Shown: in pieces, positions 1 to 9,748 of the stretch
How the letters are laid out: every line of letters starts with the position of its first letter
Position numbering within the stretch: position 1 is the stretch's first letter
From: Thermosipho sp. (in: thermotogales)
GTDB taxonomy: Bacteria > Thermotogota > Thermotogae > Thermotogales > Fervidobacteriaceae
Direction of reading: 5' to 3'
Length of the DNA stretch: 64,000 nt
Assembly: GCA_030153605.1 (NCBI GenBank)
Contig: JASKLO010000002.1
Location: 31,821-95,820, forward strand
The notes under the pieces: model-generated
What the model saw: the letters and a program-made list of their open reading frames with translations, nothing else
Databases searched by the model: none
Told to the model about the DNA's origin: nothing
Position numbers and translations under genes: made by a program

Positions 1-1
1 T

Positions 2-430
2 ATTACTTCTGGAGATATTACAGTTATCACCAGAGTAGTTGAAGAAGTCTTTCCAGATTATAGAAGAGTATTACCAAAAGCTTTCAAAACTCGAATTTCG
101 TTCAATAAAAGTGAATTTTTAGAAGCTTTGAAAAGAAATATGATAATTGCCAAGAGAGGAAATGATAAAGTAAGATTAGAAATAAATGATAATATTATGG
201 TTTTAACAAGTCAAAGTCCCGAATATGGTGAAGTTAGAGAAGAGTTAAACATAGAAAAAGAAGGAGAAGATTTAATAATTAATTTCAATCCGAGATTTTT
301 AAATGAAGCAGTAAAAAATGTAGATGAAGAGGAAGTAGTTTTTAACTTTGTAGACGAGTTGAGTCCAATGCAGGTAAATTCGAAAGATGTAGGTGGTTAT
401 CTATATATTGTACTTCCAGTACGAGCATGA
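2..430 (+). CDS. dnaN: DNA polymerase III beta sliding clamp, C-terminal part (5' end outside the window)
   Basis: The frame is open from the window edge into ORF 128..430. The translation ...VVEEVFPDYRRVLPKAF...NFNPRFLNEAVKNV...GGYLYIVLPVRA carries the FPDYRRV(L/I)P motif and the C-terminal domain pattern of beta clamps. Confidence 0.85.
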   Translation: MTSGDITVITRVVEEVFPDYRRVLPKAFKTRISFNKSEFLEALKRNMIIAKRGNDKVRLEINDNIMVLTSQSPEYGEVREELNIEKEGEDLIINFNPRFLNEAVKNVDEEEVVFNFVDELSPMQVNSKDVGGYLYIVLPVRA

Positions 431-439
431 GGTGATAAG

Positions 440-886
440 ATGAAAAGAGGATTTACTTTGATTGAATTACTTATAGTATTAGCTATTATTTCTGCACTGA
501 TGGGAATTGCAACTCCTGTTGGGCTTACTGCTCTAAAAAAAGCTAAAGCAACACAAATAGCTGCAAACCTAAGGAATATTTCTGAAGCTGTGTTAACTGC
601 TTTTTTAACTTATAATTCTGATTATTTTTCGGCAATTGATAATAATAACGAAATCACTGAAGAAAACAAAGCAAAATTAAGGATAAAAAAGTTATATCAG
701 GATGGATTTATTGATAAAGATTTATCTGAATCAGGATACGAAATTTTACTTTCCGAAGGCGGAAAGAGTTACAAAATTTGTTATGTGAATAAAGATATAG
801 AGTTTTTATTAGTTCGATCGAGTAATCCATCTGTTAAATTAGATGAAAATACAGGATATATATGTCTGGAGGTTCCTAAGCCTTGA
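440..886 (+). CDS. Type IV pilin / pseudopilin-like protein with a prepilin N-terminal cleavage-methylation signal
   Basis: The N-terminus MKRGFTLIELLIVLAIISALMGIA is a class III (prepilin peptidase) signal: G/FTLIE followed by a hydrophobic helix. An SD (gaggtga) lies upstream. Confidence 0.85.
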   Translation: MKRGFTLIELLIVLAIISALMGIATPVGLTALKKAKATQIAANLRNISEAVLTAFLTYNSDYFSAIDNNNEITEENKAKLRIKKLYQDGFIDKDLSESGYEILLSEGGKSYKICYVNKDIEFLLVRSSNPSVKLDENTGYICLEVPKP

Positions 887-1683
887 TTGAAGTAAAAAAT
901 ATTGGTAAAAGGTTTAGAAAATTTTGGGTATTAAAAAATGTATCATTTAAGCTTCAGAAAGGTGAAGTTTTGGGGATTGTAGGGAAAAATGGTTGTGGAA
1001 AGTCAACTCTTTTAAAATTAGTTGCAGGAATATTGAAACCTAGTGCAGGTGAGATAAAATTAAATTCGAAATTAGTGTCTTATATACCAGAAAAACCCAT
1101 TTTAATACCAGAGATTTCACTTGAAGATAATATTAGATATTTTGCTAATCTTAGAAATATTACCAAAAAAAGAATTTTAGATGAAATTAATTATTTTGGC
1201 TTAGAAAATCATCTTAGAAAAAAACCAAAAGAATTATCAAAGGGTTTACAACAAAGATTGTCTATGGCTATTGCTTTATTACCTGATCCAGAAATAGTTT
1301 TAATGGATGAACCTACTAGTGGTCTTGATATGGAATCAAAAAAATTAATTATAGAAAGAATTGATAAATTGAAGGAAGGTAATAAGGTAATTTTATATGT
1401 TACTCATGAGGATGAAGAGATTGAAAAAAATTGTTCAAAAGTTTTAATTTTGGAAGATGGTCAAACTTTGTTTTTTGGAACTGTTGAAGATTTCTGGAAA
1501 AAATATGAACGTTTTGTATATATTATTATTGAAGGTAAATCTTCACCTATGCTAGTAAAAATAGAAGATTTGAAAAAGTATGATAATGTTATTCATGTAA
1601 GAAGTGTAGGTATAAGGGAACTTCTTTCTGGGGGTGTTGATTTTGAGACTAATGGGGGAAAAAGTTATACTAAGACCAATTGA
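883..1683 (+). CDS. ABC transporter ATP-binding protein (no permease gene adjacent)
   Basis: Walker A GKNGCGKST, ABC signature LSKGLQQRL and Walker B VLMDEPTSGLD are present. There is a 4-nt overlap with the pilin gene. Confidence 0.9.
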   Translation: MIEVKNIGKRFRKFWVLKNVSFKLQKGEVLGIVGKNGCGKSTLLKLVAGILKPSAGEIKLNSKLVSYIPEKPILIPEISLEDNIRYFANLRNITKKRILDEINYFGLENHLRKKPKELSKGLQQRLSMAIALLPDPEIVLMDEPTSGLDMESKKLIIERIDKLKEGNKVILYVTHEDEEIEKNCSKVLILEDGQTLFFGTVEDFWKKYERFVYIIIEGKSSPMLVKIEDLKKYDNVIHVRSVGIRELLSGGVDFETNGGKSYTKTN

Positions 1684-2185
1684 AGTTGAAGATGCTGAAA
1701 GGTTTGTAGAAATTATAAACGATGAAGAAGTTAGACAATATCTTGCTTTGGTTTTACCAATAAATAAATATATGGAGGAAAATTGGATTAAAAATGAAGC
1801 AAATAATTTTAATACAATAACATTTGGAATAGAACTAAAAGATGAAAAAATTTTAATTGGTTCAACTGGCCTCATGAACATTGATTGGATTAATAGACAA
1901 GCAGAATTTGGTATAGGAATCTTTGATAAGAACCATTGGGGCAAAGGATATGGGACAGAATCCACCAAGTTAATTTTAAAATATGCTTTTGAATATTTGA
2001 ACTTAAATAGGGTATATTTAAAAACATATGAGTATAACAAAAGGGCTATAAAAGTATATGAAAAATGTGGTTTTATGGTTGAAGGAAAGGAAAGGCAAGG
2101 AAAATATTTAAAAGGGAAATTTTGGGATTTAATTAGAATGGCAATTCTTGCAGAAGATTATTGGAGAAACTTCGAAAATCAGTAA
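1634..2185 (+). CDS. GNAT family N-acetyltransferase (RimJ/RimL-like)
   Basis: GNAT core motifs: AEFGIGIFDKNHWGKGYGTES and LNRVYLKTYEYNKRAIKVYEKCGF. The start is uncertain (GTG 1634 or ATG 1652). Confidence 0.85.
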   Translation: MLILRLMGEKVILRPIEVEDAERFVEIINDEEVRQYLALVLPINKYMEENWIKNEANNFNTITFGIELKDEKILIGSTGLMNIDWINRQAEFGIGIFDKNHWGKGYGTESTKLILKYAFEYLNLNRVYLKTYEYNKRAIKVYEKCGFMVEGKERQGKYLKGKFWDLIRMAILAEDYWRNFENQ

Positions 2186-2207
2186 AAAATCATCACTTTA
2201 GAATTTT

Positions 2208-2231
2208 AGCCGCTTATAAGCGGCTTTTTTT
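2208..2231 (+). terminator. Intrinsic terminator after the GNAT gene
   Basis: Hairpin agccgctt-ata-aagcggct followed by T7. Confidence 0.8.
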
Positions 2232-2261
2232 ATGTTATAATAGTTAATAGGTGGTGTTAGT

Positions 2262-3248
2262 ATGAAAAAAATGGCAACTTTTTTTGAAGAAAAAGATGGT
2301 GGGGTTGTTTGTAATTTATGCCCCCATAAATGTTTTTTGAAAGAAGGACAAGTGGGAATTTGCGGTGTAAGAATTAATGAAAATGGAATTTTATACACGA
2401 AAAATTATGGAGATATTTCCTCCATTGCAATGGACCCAATAGAGAAAAAACCTTTGTATCACTTCAATCCCGGTTCCCAAATTCTCTCTGTTGGAACATG
2501 GGCTTGTAATTTTAAATGTAAATTTTGCCAAAATTGGGAAATATCTCAGAATAAACCTCAGGTTAAAGTTGTTACTCCAGATCAATTAGTTCAGATAGCT
2601 ATAACAAGAGGATCGAAAGGAATTGCATATACATATAGTGAACCAATTGTTTGGTATGAATTTGTTTTAGATACATCTAGAATTGCTCATAAGAAAGGGC
2701 TATATAATGTTTTAGTTACTAATGGTTATATAGAAATTGAACCTTTAAAATTATTGCTACAGAATATTGATGCTATGAATATTGATTTAAAAGGATTTAA
2801 TGATGAATTCTACAAAAAAGAATGTTTAGGTGATTACAAAAATGTCTTAGAGGTAATAAAATTTGCATATGAATATGGTGTTCATGTAGAGGTAACTACG
2901 CTTATAATTCCTGGAAAAAATGATAGGGAGAAAGATCTTATAAATGAATTTCAAGCTCTTTCGGAAATTAGTAAAGATATTCCTCTTCATTTGTCTAGAT
3001 ATTTTCCAGCTTACAAATACGAAATACCACCTACTCCTGTTGAAAAATTGAAAAAGATATACCTATTAGCAAAAGAATTTTTAAACTTTGTATATGTTGG
3101 AAACGTTTTTGACCCTGAATATGAAACTACAATTTGCCCAGAGTGCAATACACCAGTAATTTTGAGAGAAGGGTATGATGTAAAAATTTTAAATTTAACT
3201 AAGGAGGGAAAATGTAAAATATGCGGAAGAGAAATCGTCAGGATCTAA
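2262..3248 (+). CDS. Radical SAM enzyme, PflA-like / AmmeMemoRadiSam-type
   Basis: CX3CX2C radical SAM cluster CNFKCKFCQNW, N-terminal Cys cluster CNLCPHKC...CGVR and DPIEKKPLYHFNPGS are present. A C-terminal CPEC...CKIC zinc-ribbon-like pair is also present. Confidence 0.8.
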   Translation: MKKMATFFEEKDGGVVCNLCPHKCFLKEGQVGICGVRINENGILYTKNYGDISSIAMDPIEKKPLYHFNPGSQILSVGTWACNFKCKFCQNWEISQNKPQVKVVTPDQLVQIAITRGSKGIAYTYSEPIVWYEFVLDTSRIAHKKGLYNVLVTNGYIEIEPLKLLLQNIDAMNIDLKGFNDEFYKKECLGDYKNVLEVIKFAYEYGVHVEVTTLIIPGKNDREKDLINEFQALSEISKDIPLHLSRYFPAYKYEIPPTPVEKLKKIYLLAKEFLNFVYVGNVFDPEYETTICPECNTPVILREGYDVKILNLTKEGKCKICGREIVRI

Positions 3249-4285
3249 ATAGATTTAGCAAAGTTGCTCTTTTTTCTTTACTTGTTTTATTGTCCATTGT
3301 TGTTGTAGTGATTGTAACAGCAGTTTTTTTTCGAAATCCAAAGATGTATAAAGATTTTGAACATTTCTCTCTTGGAACTTATGTTCATTTAAAAATAGCA
3401 ACGAAATCTAATCCAGATTTAATTGCAAAAGAAATATTTGCTGAAATGGATAGAATAACAAACAAATATGATCCATATAAGAAAGATTCTATTTTGTATA
3501 AGTTAAATCACAGTGATGGTTGGTTTGAAGTTGATGATGAAACTTTTGCTTTGATTGAATTAGCATTGAGGTATGCGAAAAATACTGAAGGTGCTTTTGA
3601 TCCCACTTTAGGAAGACTTATAGATTTATGGGGTTTTTCAAATTTTTCAGAAAAACTATCAAATAATACAGATTTTCAAATTCCATCTGATATTGAAATT
3701 AAAAATGCATTGATAAATAGTGGTTATGAAAAAGTTGAATTAGATTATAATAGAAAAGCAATAAAAACAAATGGAGTATGGATAGATTTAGGCGGATTAG
3801 CTAAAGGGTATGCTCTTGAAAGAGCCTATCAAATAGCAAAAGCTGCCGATCAGGAATGTAATGGTTTTGTTGAAGCAGGCGGGGACATAAGAATACTTGG
3901 ACCTAAATTTGGCAAGGATTTTTGGATTATAGGCATCCGAAATCCTCGAGGTTCGGATAGTATAGATTATATTTATTTAAAGAGTGGTTCCGTTGCTACA
4001 AGTGGAGATTATGAAAGATATTTTGTTAAAGATGGTGTAAGATATCATCATATAATTGATCCCAAGACCGGTTATCCTTCAAATGGAGCAATTAGTGCAA
4101 CGGTTATTTCAAATGATGCGATTAGTGCTGATGCTTTTTCTACTGCTGCTTTTGTTTTGGGAGTTAAAAATTGGTTGTTTATTAGAACTGTATTTCCTAA
4201 AAATAATTCAGAGGTGTTTTTAGTTTCTCCTGATCAAGAAATTTATAAAACTCATGGATTTACTAATTATGAAAAAATTTATTGA
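3221..4285 (+). CDS. apbE: FAD:protein FMN transferase (ApbE family), membrane anchored
   Basis: ApbE motifs DPTLGRLIDLWGF, GGLAKGYALERA and ATSGDYERYF...YHHIIDPKTGYP are present. An N-terminal TM helix is present. Confidence 0.9.
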   Translation: MRKRNRQDLNRFSKVALFSLLVLLSIVVVVIVTAVFFRNPKMYKDFEHFSLGTYVHLKIATKSNPDLIAKEIFAEMDRITNKYDPYKKDSILYKLNHSDGWFEVDDETFALIELALRYAKNTEGAFDPTLGRLIDLWGFSNFSEKLSNNTDFQIPSDIEIKNALINSGYEKVELDYNRKAIKTNGVWIDLGGLAKGYALERAYQIAKAADQECNGFVEAGGDIRILGPKFGKDFWIIGIRNPRGSDSIDYIYLKSGSVATSGDYERYFVKDGVRYHHIIDPKTGYPSNGAISATVISNDAISADAFSTAAFVLGVKNWLFIRTVFPKNNSEVFLVSPDQEIYKTHGFTNYEKIY

Positions 4286-4296
4286 GGAGGTATACC

Positions 4297-4644
4297 ATGA
4301 AAAAGTTGAAAAGTTTTGGCGGAAAAAGTCTTGGAAGCAAAACTAACCAAATGGGACAAATTCAAAAATTACAAGAAGAAGTTCAAAGAAAAATGAAGGA
4401 AGTAGAAGACAGTTTTTCAAATTTAGAAATTGAAGTAAGCGTTGGCGGTGGCGCATTGAAATTAATTGCAACTGCAGACAGAAAAATTAAGAATATTGAA
4501 ATTGACGATGATTTGTTTGATGATAAGGAAATGTTAATTGACTTATTAACAGCAGGTTTTGATGAGTTAATGGAGAAAATAGAACAAAAGAGAGAAGAAG
4601 AACTTTCAAAAGTTACTCAAGAGATATTACCTTTTGGAATTTGA
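4297..4644 (+). CDS. YbaB/EbfC family nucleoid-associated protein
   Basis: Small protein with the pattern QKLQEEVQRKMKEVE...VSVGGGALKLIATADRKIKNIEIDDDLF...DKEMLIDLLTAGFDE. ATG 4297 has the SD gaggagg; the track ORF starts at 4282. Confidence 0.8.
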   Translation: MKKLKSFGGKSLGSKTNQMGQIQKLQEEVQRKMKEVEDSFSNLEIEVSVGGGALKLIATADRKIKNIEIDDDLFDDKEMLIDLLTAGFDELMEKIEQKREEELSKVTQEILPFGI

Positions 4645-5327
4645 GGGATTTTATGAGAAGAGAGAGTTTTTATTATCTTATTTTAGTTAACGTTGCAATT
4701 TTATTAATTATGGAAATTACAAAACTATATACGGCAAATGATTTAATGGTTTACATTTGGTTTGGTGCGCAATATGGCCCTTTAGTTTCAGAGGGTCAAT
4801 GGTTTAGACTTATTACATCTATGTTTGTACACGGAGGATTTATTCATTTATTATTTAATATGTATGCCCTTTATTATTTAGGAAGAATTGTTGAAGGAGT
4901 TTATGGAACAGATAAATTTTTAACTTTTTATTTTTTGAGTGGTTTTATGGGAAATATTGGAACTCAAATATTTTATTATAAGTCTTTATCAGTTGGAGCA
5001 AGTGGTGCTATTTTTGGTCTTGTTGGGGTTCTTTTTGCTGCTGGTTTTAGAAAAGATACTCCTTATGCTCTTAGGCCTTTAACTGGGACAGCTCTACTCC
5101 CAATGATTTTGATAAATGTGATTTTTGGTTTAATGCCGGGAACAAATATTAATAACGCTGCACATATCGGGGGTTTTTTGACAGGAATGCTTTTAGGTTA
5201 TTTGGTTTCACCATACTATTCTTGGAAATCTAATAAAATTTGGAAATTTATTAAAACTACAATATTAATAATTATTTTTATTTCTTTTGTGTTTTTATTA
5301 ATAAATTCATTGACAACCTTTTTTTAA
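4641..5327 (+). CDS. Rhomboid family intramembrane serine protease
   Basis: Multi-TM protein with the catalytic Ser motif GASGAIFGLVG and the His motif AAHIGGFLTGMLLG. Confidence 0.85.
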   Translation: MRDFMRRESFYYLILVNVAILLIMEITKLYTANDLMVYIWFGAQYGPLVSEGQWFRLITSMFVHGGFIHLLFNMYALYYLGRIVEGVYGTDKFLTFYFLSGFMGNIGTQIFYYKSLSVGASGAIFGLVGVLFAAGFRKDTPYALRPLTGTALLPMILINVIFGLMPGTNINNAAHIGGFLTGMLLGYLVSPYYSWKSNKIWKFIKTTILIIIFISFVFLLINSLTTFF

Positions 5328-5337
5328 AAAAAAAATA

Positions 5338-5365
5338 AAAAAGCTGGCAGAAGCCAGCTTTTTTT
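5338..5365. terminator. Bidirectional intrinsic terminator between the rhomboid gene (+) and ackA (-)
   Basis: Hairpin aagctggc-agaa-gccagctt flanked by an A-run upstream and a T-run downstream. Confidence 0.8.
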
Positions 5366-6584
5366 AGTAGTCTAGTTGTTTAATACCTTTTTCGATAATT
5401 TCCTTGGTATCTCTTGCTATCATTAATTCTTCGTTTGTTGGAACTATTAGTACGGAAACTTTTGAATCAGGAGTTGAAATAACTCTCTCTACACCTTTTA
5501 CGTTGTTTTTTTCCTTGTCTATTTTAATTCCTAAGTAACTGAGATAGTTTTCACATATTTCTTCTCTAGTAATTGGAGAATTTTCACCTACTCCTGCTGT
5601 AAATGATATTGCATCCACACCATTCATAGCAGCCACATAAGCACCAATATATTTTGCAATACGATATTCATATATATCTAGTACTAATCGACAAAGAGGA
5701 TCATTTTCTAAAGCTTTATCTTCAATATCGCGCATGTCAGAACTGAAATTTTTAGTTAATCCAAGAACACCACTTTTTTTATTTAAGATTGTATATACTT
5801 CTTCTGGCGTTAATCCTTCTTTTTCCATTAAAAAGGTAACAATTGAAGGATCAAGATCCCCTGACCTTGTTCCCATAACAAGACCTTCAAGAGGTGTAAA
5901 TCCCATAGAAGTATCAATACTTTTTCCATTTTTGACTGCAGCTATTGATGCGCCATTTCCTAAGTGCACAGTGATAATTTTTGAGTTATGATAGTCTAAT
6001 CCTAATATTTCGGCTGTTCTATGGGATACATACCTATGACTTGTTCCATGGAAACCATATCTTCTAATTTTATATTTTTCATAGTATTCATATGGGATAG
6101 CATATAAGTAAGATTTTTTGGGCATTTTGGAATGGAAGGCAGTATCAAAAACTCCAACATTTGGAACGCCTGGTAAAAGTTTCATGATAGCTTTAATTCC
6201 CATCAAATTTGGAGGATTATGTAACGGAGCTAAATATGAAAATTCTTCAATTGCTTTTATAACTTCTTCATCAATGAGTACAGAACCTGAGAATTTTTCT
6301 CCTCCATGAACTACCCTATGACCAACAGCGTCAATTTCTTTAAAATCTTTTATGGCTCCATATTTTTCATTAATTAAAGTTTCAAGAACGTACTTTAATG
6401 CTTCATCATGATTGGCCATAGGTTCTTCAATGATAAATTTTTCTCCATCTTTTTTATGAACGATTCTACTACCAGGTATTCCTATCCTTTCAGCAATACC
6501 TTTACATAGGACTTTTTCTTCTTTCATATCCATTAATTGATACTTTATTGAAGAACTACCACTGTTGACTACTAAAACAATCAT
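5364..6584 (-). CDS. ackA: Acetate kinase
   Basis: LVVNSGSSSIKYQL, HRVVHGG, FDTAFH and YGFHGTSH are present. The length is 406 aa. Confidence 0.95.
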   Translation of the reverse strand: MIVLVVNSGSSSIKYQLMDMKEEKVLCKGIAERIGIPGSRIVHKKDGEKFIIEEPMANHDEALKYVLETLINEKYGAIKDFKEIDAVGHRVVHGGEKFSGSVLIDEEVIKAIEEFSYLAPLHNPPNLMGIKAIMKLLPGVPNVGVFDTAFHSKMPKKSYLYAIPYEYYEKYKIRRYGFHGTSHRYVSHRTAEILGLDYHNSKIITVHLGNGASIAAVKNGKSIDTSMGFTPLEGLVMGTRSGDLDPSIVTFLMEKEGLTPEEVYTILNKKSGVLGLTKNFSSDMRDIEDKALENDPLCRLVLDIYEYRIAKYIGAYVAAMNGVDAISFTAGVGENSPITREEICENYLSYLGIKIDKEKNNVKGVERVISTPDSKVSVLIVPTNEELMIARDTKEIIEKGIKQLDY

Positions 6585-6610
6585 GTTTTTTCCTCCTTTG
6601 CTAATATTTA

Positions 6611-7546
6611 TTATGCTTTTCCTGTGGCGCCTAAAAATTCTAATCTATCCATGACAACTTCCTTAACAAAGTTCATACCTTTTTTAAAGTACTTTCTTGG
6701 ATCAAATTCTTTTGGATTTTCTTTAAGGTGTTTCCTAAGTCCTGCTATAAATGCAATTCTAAGATCAGTATCAGTGTTAACTTTATTAATACCGAATTGA
6801 ACACATTTTTTAATTTCCTCAGCAGGAACACCTTTAGCACCACTAAAATCAGAACCGAATTCTTCAGCAATATCTACGTATTGTTTTAATACACTTGAGG
6901 CACCATGAAGAACAAGAGGAATATTTGTTAATTCTTTAACTTTTTTAAGTCTTTCAAAATCTAATTTCACTTCTCCTTTAAATTTAAACGCTCCATGGCT
7001 TGTACCAATAGCTGGAGCTAAAAAATCTACGCCAGTTTCCTCAACGAATTTTTTTGCTTGGTCTGGATCTACTAGTACGTTTTCCGCGGCATAAACATTA
7101 TCTTCAATGCCAGAAAGCTGACCTAATTCTGCTTCAACTGAAACACCTGCTGCATGAGCCCATTTGACAACTTCTTTTGTAATTGCTAAATTTTTCTCAA
7201 ATTCTTCATGAGAAGCATCGATCATTACCGAAGAGTACCCAGCTTTTATTGCGGCTGCTATATATTCAAGATGTTTACCATGATCTAAATGTAGTGCCAC
7301 TGGAATATTAACACTATCGGCAAATTCTCGAACCATTTTTACAAATAATCTTGCTCCACGATAAATGTCTCCATTTCCAGCGTATTTTATTGCACCTTCG
7401 CTAGTTTCAATAATTACTGGAGCATTTTTTTCTACTGCGCCTTCAATAATTGCAATAAGGAATTCGAGGTTGTTAATATTAAATGCAGGCACAGCGTAGA
7501 AATTTTTACTAGCTTTTTCTAAGATTTCTTTTGTATTTACATACAT
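6611..7546 (-). CDS. fba: Class II fructose-1,6-bisphosphate aldolase
   Basis: VPAFNINN, HLDHG, MIDASH, EAELG, GTSHGAFKF and LVLHGASS are present. Confidence 0.95.
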   Translation of the reverse strand: MYVNTKEILEKASKNFYAVPAFNINNLEFLIAIIEGAVEKNAPVIIETSEGAIKYAGNGDIYRGARLFVKMVREFADSVNIPVALHLDHGKHLEYIAAAIKAGYSSVMIDASHEEFEKNLAITKEVVKWAHAAGVSVEAELGQLSGIEDNVYAAENVLVDPDQAKKFVEETGVDFLAPAIGTSHGAFKFKGEVKLDFERLKKVKELTNIPLVLHGASSVLKQYVDIAEEFGSDFSGAKGVPAEEIKKCVQFGINKVNTDTDLRIAFIAGLRKHLKENPKEFDPRKYFKKGMNFVKEVVMDRLEFLGATGKA

Positions 7547-7599
7547 AATTTTCCCTCCTTTATTTTAAAAATATTATATCATATTAAAATTTTATGAAA

Positions 7600-7927
7600 G
7601 GAGCGGGGCATAAGCCGGATTCTGTTTATGCAAGCATCTATCTTGGAAATTTGTTACCAAATTTCTCAAGCGGTCTACCCGGGATACGGGCGGAGCCACC
7701 CAATCCCTGCTTGACCTTGCTCCGGGTAGGGGTTGCCAAGCACATGGATTACTCCATGTCTGGTGAGCTCTTACCTCACCGTTCCACCCTTACCTTTCGG
7801 TGGTCTTCTTTTCTATGGCCCTATCCAGGGTTTTTACCCTCCGGATGTTATCCGGTACCCTGCCCAAGGAGTCCGGACTTTCCTCGGTTGGTATTGTTTT
7901 ACCAACCGCGCTTGCTTGCCCCACTCC
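7600..7927 (-). ncRNA. rnpB: RNase P RNA (bacterial type A)
   Basis: GC-rich island in an AT-rich context. The minus strand reads GGAGTGGGGCAAGC...GAGGAAAGTCCGGACTCC...GGTAAGAGCTCACCAG...GAGCAAGGTCAAGC...ACAGAATCCGGCTTATGCCCCGCTCC. This includes both halves of the universally conserved P4 helix and complementary 5'/3' ends (P1). Confidence 0.95.
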
Positions 7928-7986
7928 TTTTTTAAAAAATTTGATGTTTTATGTTAGAATATATATGATAAAATAGAGTTAAGATT

Positions 7987-8475
7987 ATGATAACAAAAAG
8001 AACATATTTTTTAATTATTTTAGTTTTAACAATTTTAATTTTCAATACAACTTTAGTTATTAGAAAAAGTCCTAAAGTTTCCGAAGACTTAAACAATTCG
8101 GTTTCTAGTTTTATTTTACCATATAATTTCAGGTTGTGGTTAGTAGATAGAAATGGAAAAATTTTTGATTTAATCCAGTGTACAAGTCAATTTAAAGAAG
8201 TACCAATAATTAGAATTCCAAATGATTTTATTGATGAAATAAATGGAGTTATTGCTCAAGACATTCTTAAATTTATTCCAAAGGAAATTCCTAAAATTGT
8301 TTATGAAATAAATTTTATGGATAATAGTTTTATATTATTGAACAACGCAAAAATTTATTTTGAAGATATTGAAAAATTGTCAGTTTATTTTGAAAACTTA
8401 AAAATTTGGTATAAATATACTAATGTCAATGAAGTATACTATATAAAAGACGATATGTTGGTAAAAGTGAGGTGA
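7987..8475 (+). CDS. Hypothetical membrane-anchored protein, possibly a short FtsQ/DivIB-like division protein
   Basis: Has an N-terminal TM helix and sits directly upstream of ftsA-ftsZ (4-nt gap). No motif was recognised, so the assignment rests on position only. Confidence 0.35.
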   Translation: MITKRTYFLIILVLTILIFNTTLVIRKSPKVSEDLNNSVSSFILPYNFRLWLVDRNGKIFDLIQCTSQFKEVPIIRIPNDFIDEINGVIAQDILKFIPKEIPKIVYEINFMDNSFILLNNAKIYFEDIEKLSVYFENLKIWYKYTNVNEVYYIKDDMLVKVR

Positions 8476-8479
8476 AATA

Positions 8480-9736
8480 ATGGCTAAATGGTCACCAGTT
8501 ATATCTATAGACATAGGAAATGATACTCTTAAAGGGGTTGTAATTAATTATACTAATGAAGGTAAAGAAATTGCGGCGTATTCCGCCGTTAAGTCTAAGG
8601 GTATTGAATTGGGGGATATTAAAGATGTTGTTTCATTAAATGATTCTATGAATACATTAATTGAAAATTTGGAAGAACAGGTAGGTAAAGTTTTGAAAGG
8701 TGATTTTTTAATTTCTTCAAGTTGTGGAAATTTTGAATTGAGAGAAATAAAGGAAGAATTAATACTTTCTGAGGATGAAGGCAATGCAATTGTTAATGAA
8801 AAGCACTTAGATGAATTAAGAGATTTGCTTTTAAGAGACGTAATTGGAGATAACAATCTTGTTTATCATCTTTATACAAGAAGGTATATTTTAGACGGTA
8901 AAAAAATAGTATTTAACCCTGTTGATATGAGTGCAAAAAAACTTGAGGGTGTTTACTCATTGGTTATTGGTGATAACATACATAGAAGCATTGTTGATTA
9001 TGCAACACGTGACACTATTGGTGAAGCTGATTATTTCATTTCTCCAATTTCTGCTGCTGAAGCGATTTTAACAGGGACTGAGAAGGATAGTGGAGTGATG
9101 CATGTTGATATGGGATACCATACAACTGTTGCAACAGTTTATTTAAATAGTGCACCAGTAATGTTAATTAGAATTCCCGTGGCAATAAGGCACGTAATTT
9201 TAGATATAGCAAGAGTTTTACGTACATCAATTTACGAAGCTGAAAGATTATTAAAAATACATGGAATAGGAGTTTATGAAGGAATAGAGCCTTTTAAGAT
9301 AGAATATAAAGCTTTAGACGGAAGAACTAGTTTAGAAACCGAAAGAGAAAGACTTGCAAGGATAATTCATGCGAGGTTAAGAGAAATTTTTATGAAAGTT
9401 AGAAGGGTTTATAGGGATGCTGTATTAAATTTTGAGGAATTTAAAGATCTAGGAATTCCTGGTGGAGTGGTACTTTCTGGTGGTGGAGCAAATATACCAA
9501 GAATTACTGATGTTGCATCTGATATTTTAAGATGTTCTGTCAGGGTAGGTAATTTTATTTATAATGAAGATTTTGTTATAGAAGAAAACGAGAATGTATT
9601 AAATGATCCAATGTTTGCTCCAGTTTTAGGAAACGTTGTAATATATGAAAAATCCTTTGATTATTTAAGTGAAAATACGAAAAAGAGAAGGAGTCTTTCA
9701 GAAATTATCTCAAGCTTTTTTAAAAAATTGTTTTGA
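8480..9736 (+). CDS. ftsA: Cell division protein FtsA
   Basis: Actin-fold phosphate motifs SIDIGNDTLKGVV and GGVVLSGGGANIPRI are present. It lies immediately upstream of ftsZ. Confidence 0.85.
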   Translation: MAKWSPVISIDIGNDTLKGVVINYTNEGKEIAAYSAVKSKGIELGDIKDVVSLNDSMNTLIENLEEQVGKVLKGDFLISSSCGNFELREIKEELILSEDEGNAIVNEKHLDELRDLLLRDVIGDNNLVYHLYTRRYILDGKKIVFNPVDMSAKKLEGVYSLVIGDNIHRSIVDYATRDTIGEADYFISPISAAEAILTGTEKDSGVMHVDMGYHTTVATVYLNSAPVMLIRIPVAIRHVILDIARVLRTSIYEAERLLKIHGIGVYEGIEPFKIEYKALDGRTSLETERERLARIIHARLREIFMKVRRVYRDAVLNFEEFKDLGIPGGVVLSGGGANIPRITDVASDILRCSVRVGNFIYNEDFVIEENENVLNDPMFAPVLGNVVIYEKSFDYLSENTKKRRSLSEIISSFFKKLF

Positions 9737-9748
9737 GGAGGAATAAAT

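Noticed and set aside
7594-7957. Two plus-strand ORFs (7594..7935 and 7733..7957) rich in Pro/Gly/Arg/Leu.
   Set aside because: They lie entirely within the GC-rich RNase P RNA gene on the opposite strand. Their composition is the signature of translating a structured RNA, and no SD is present.
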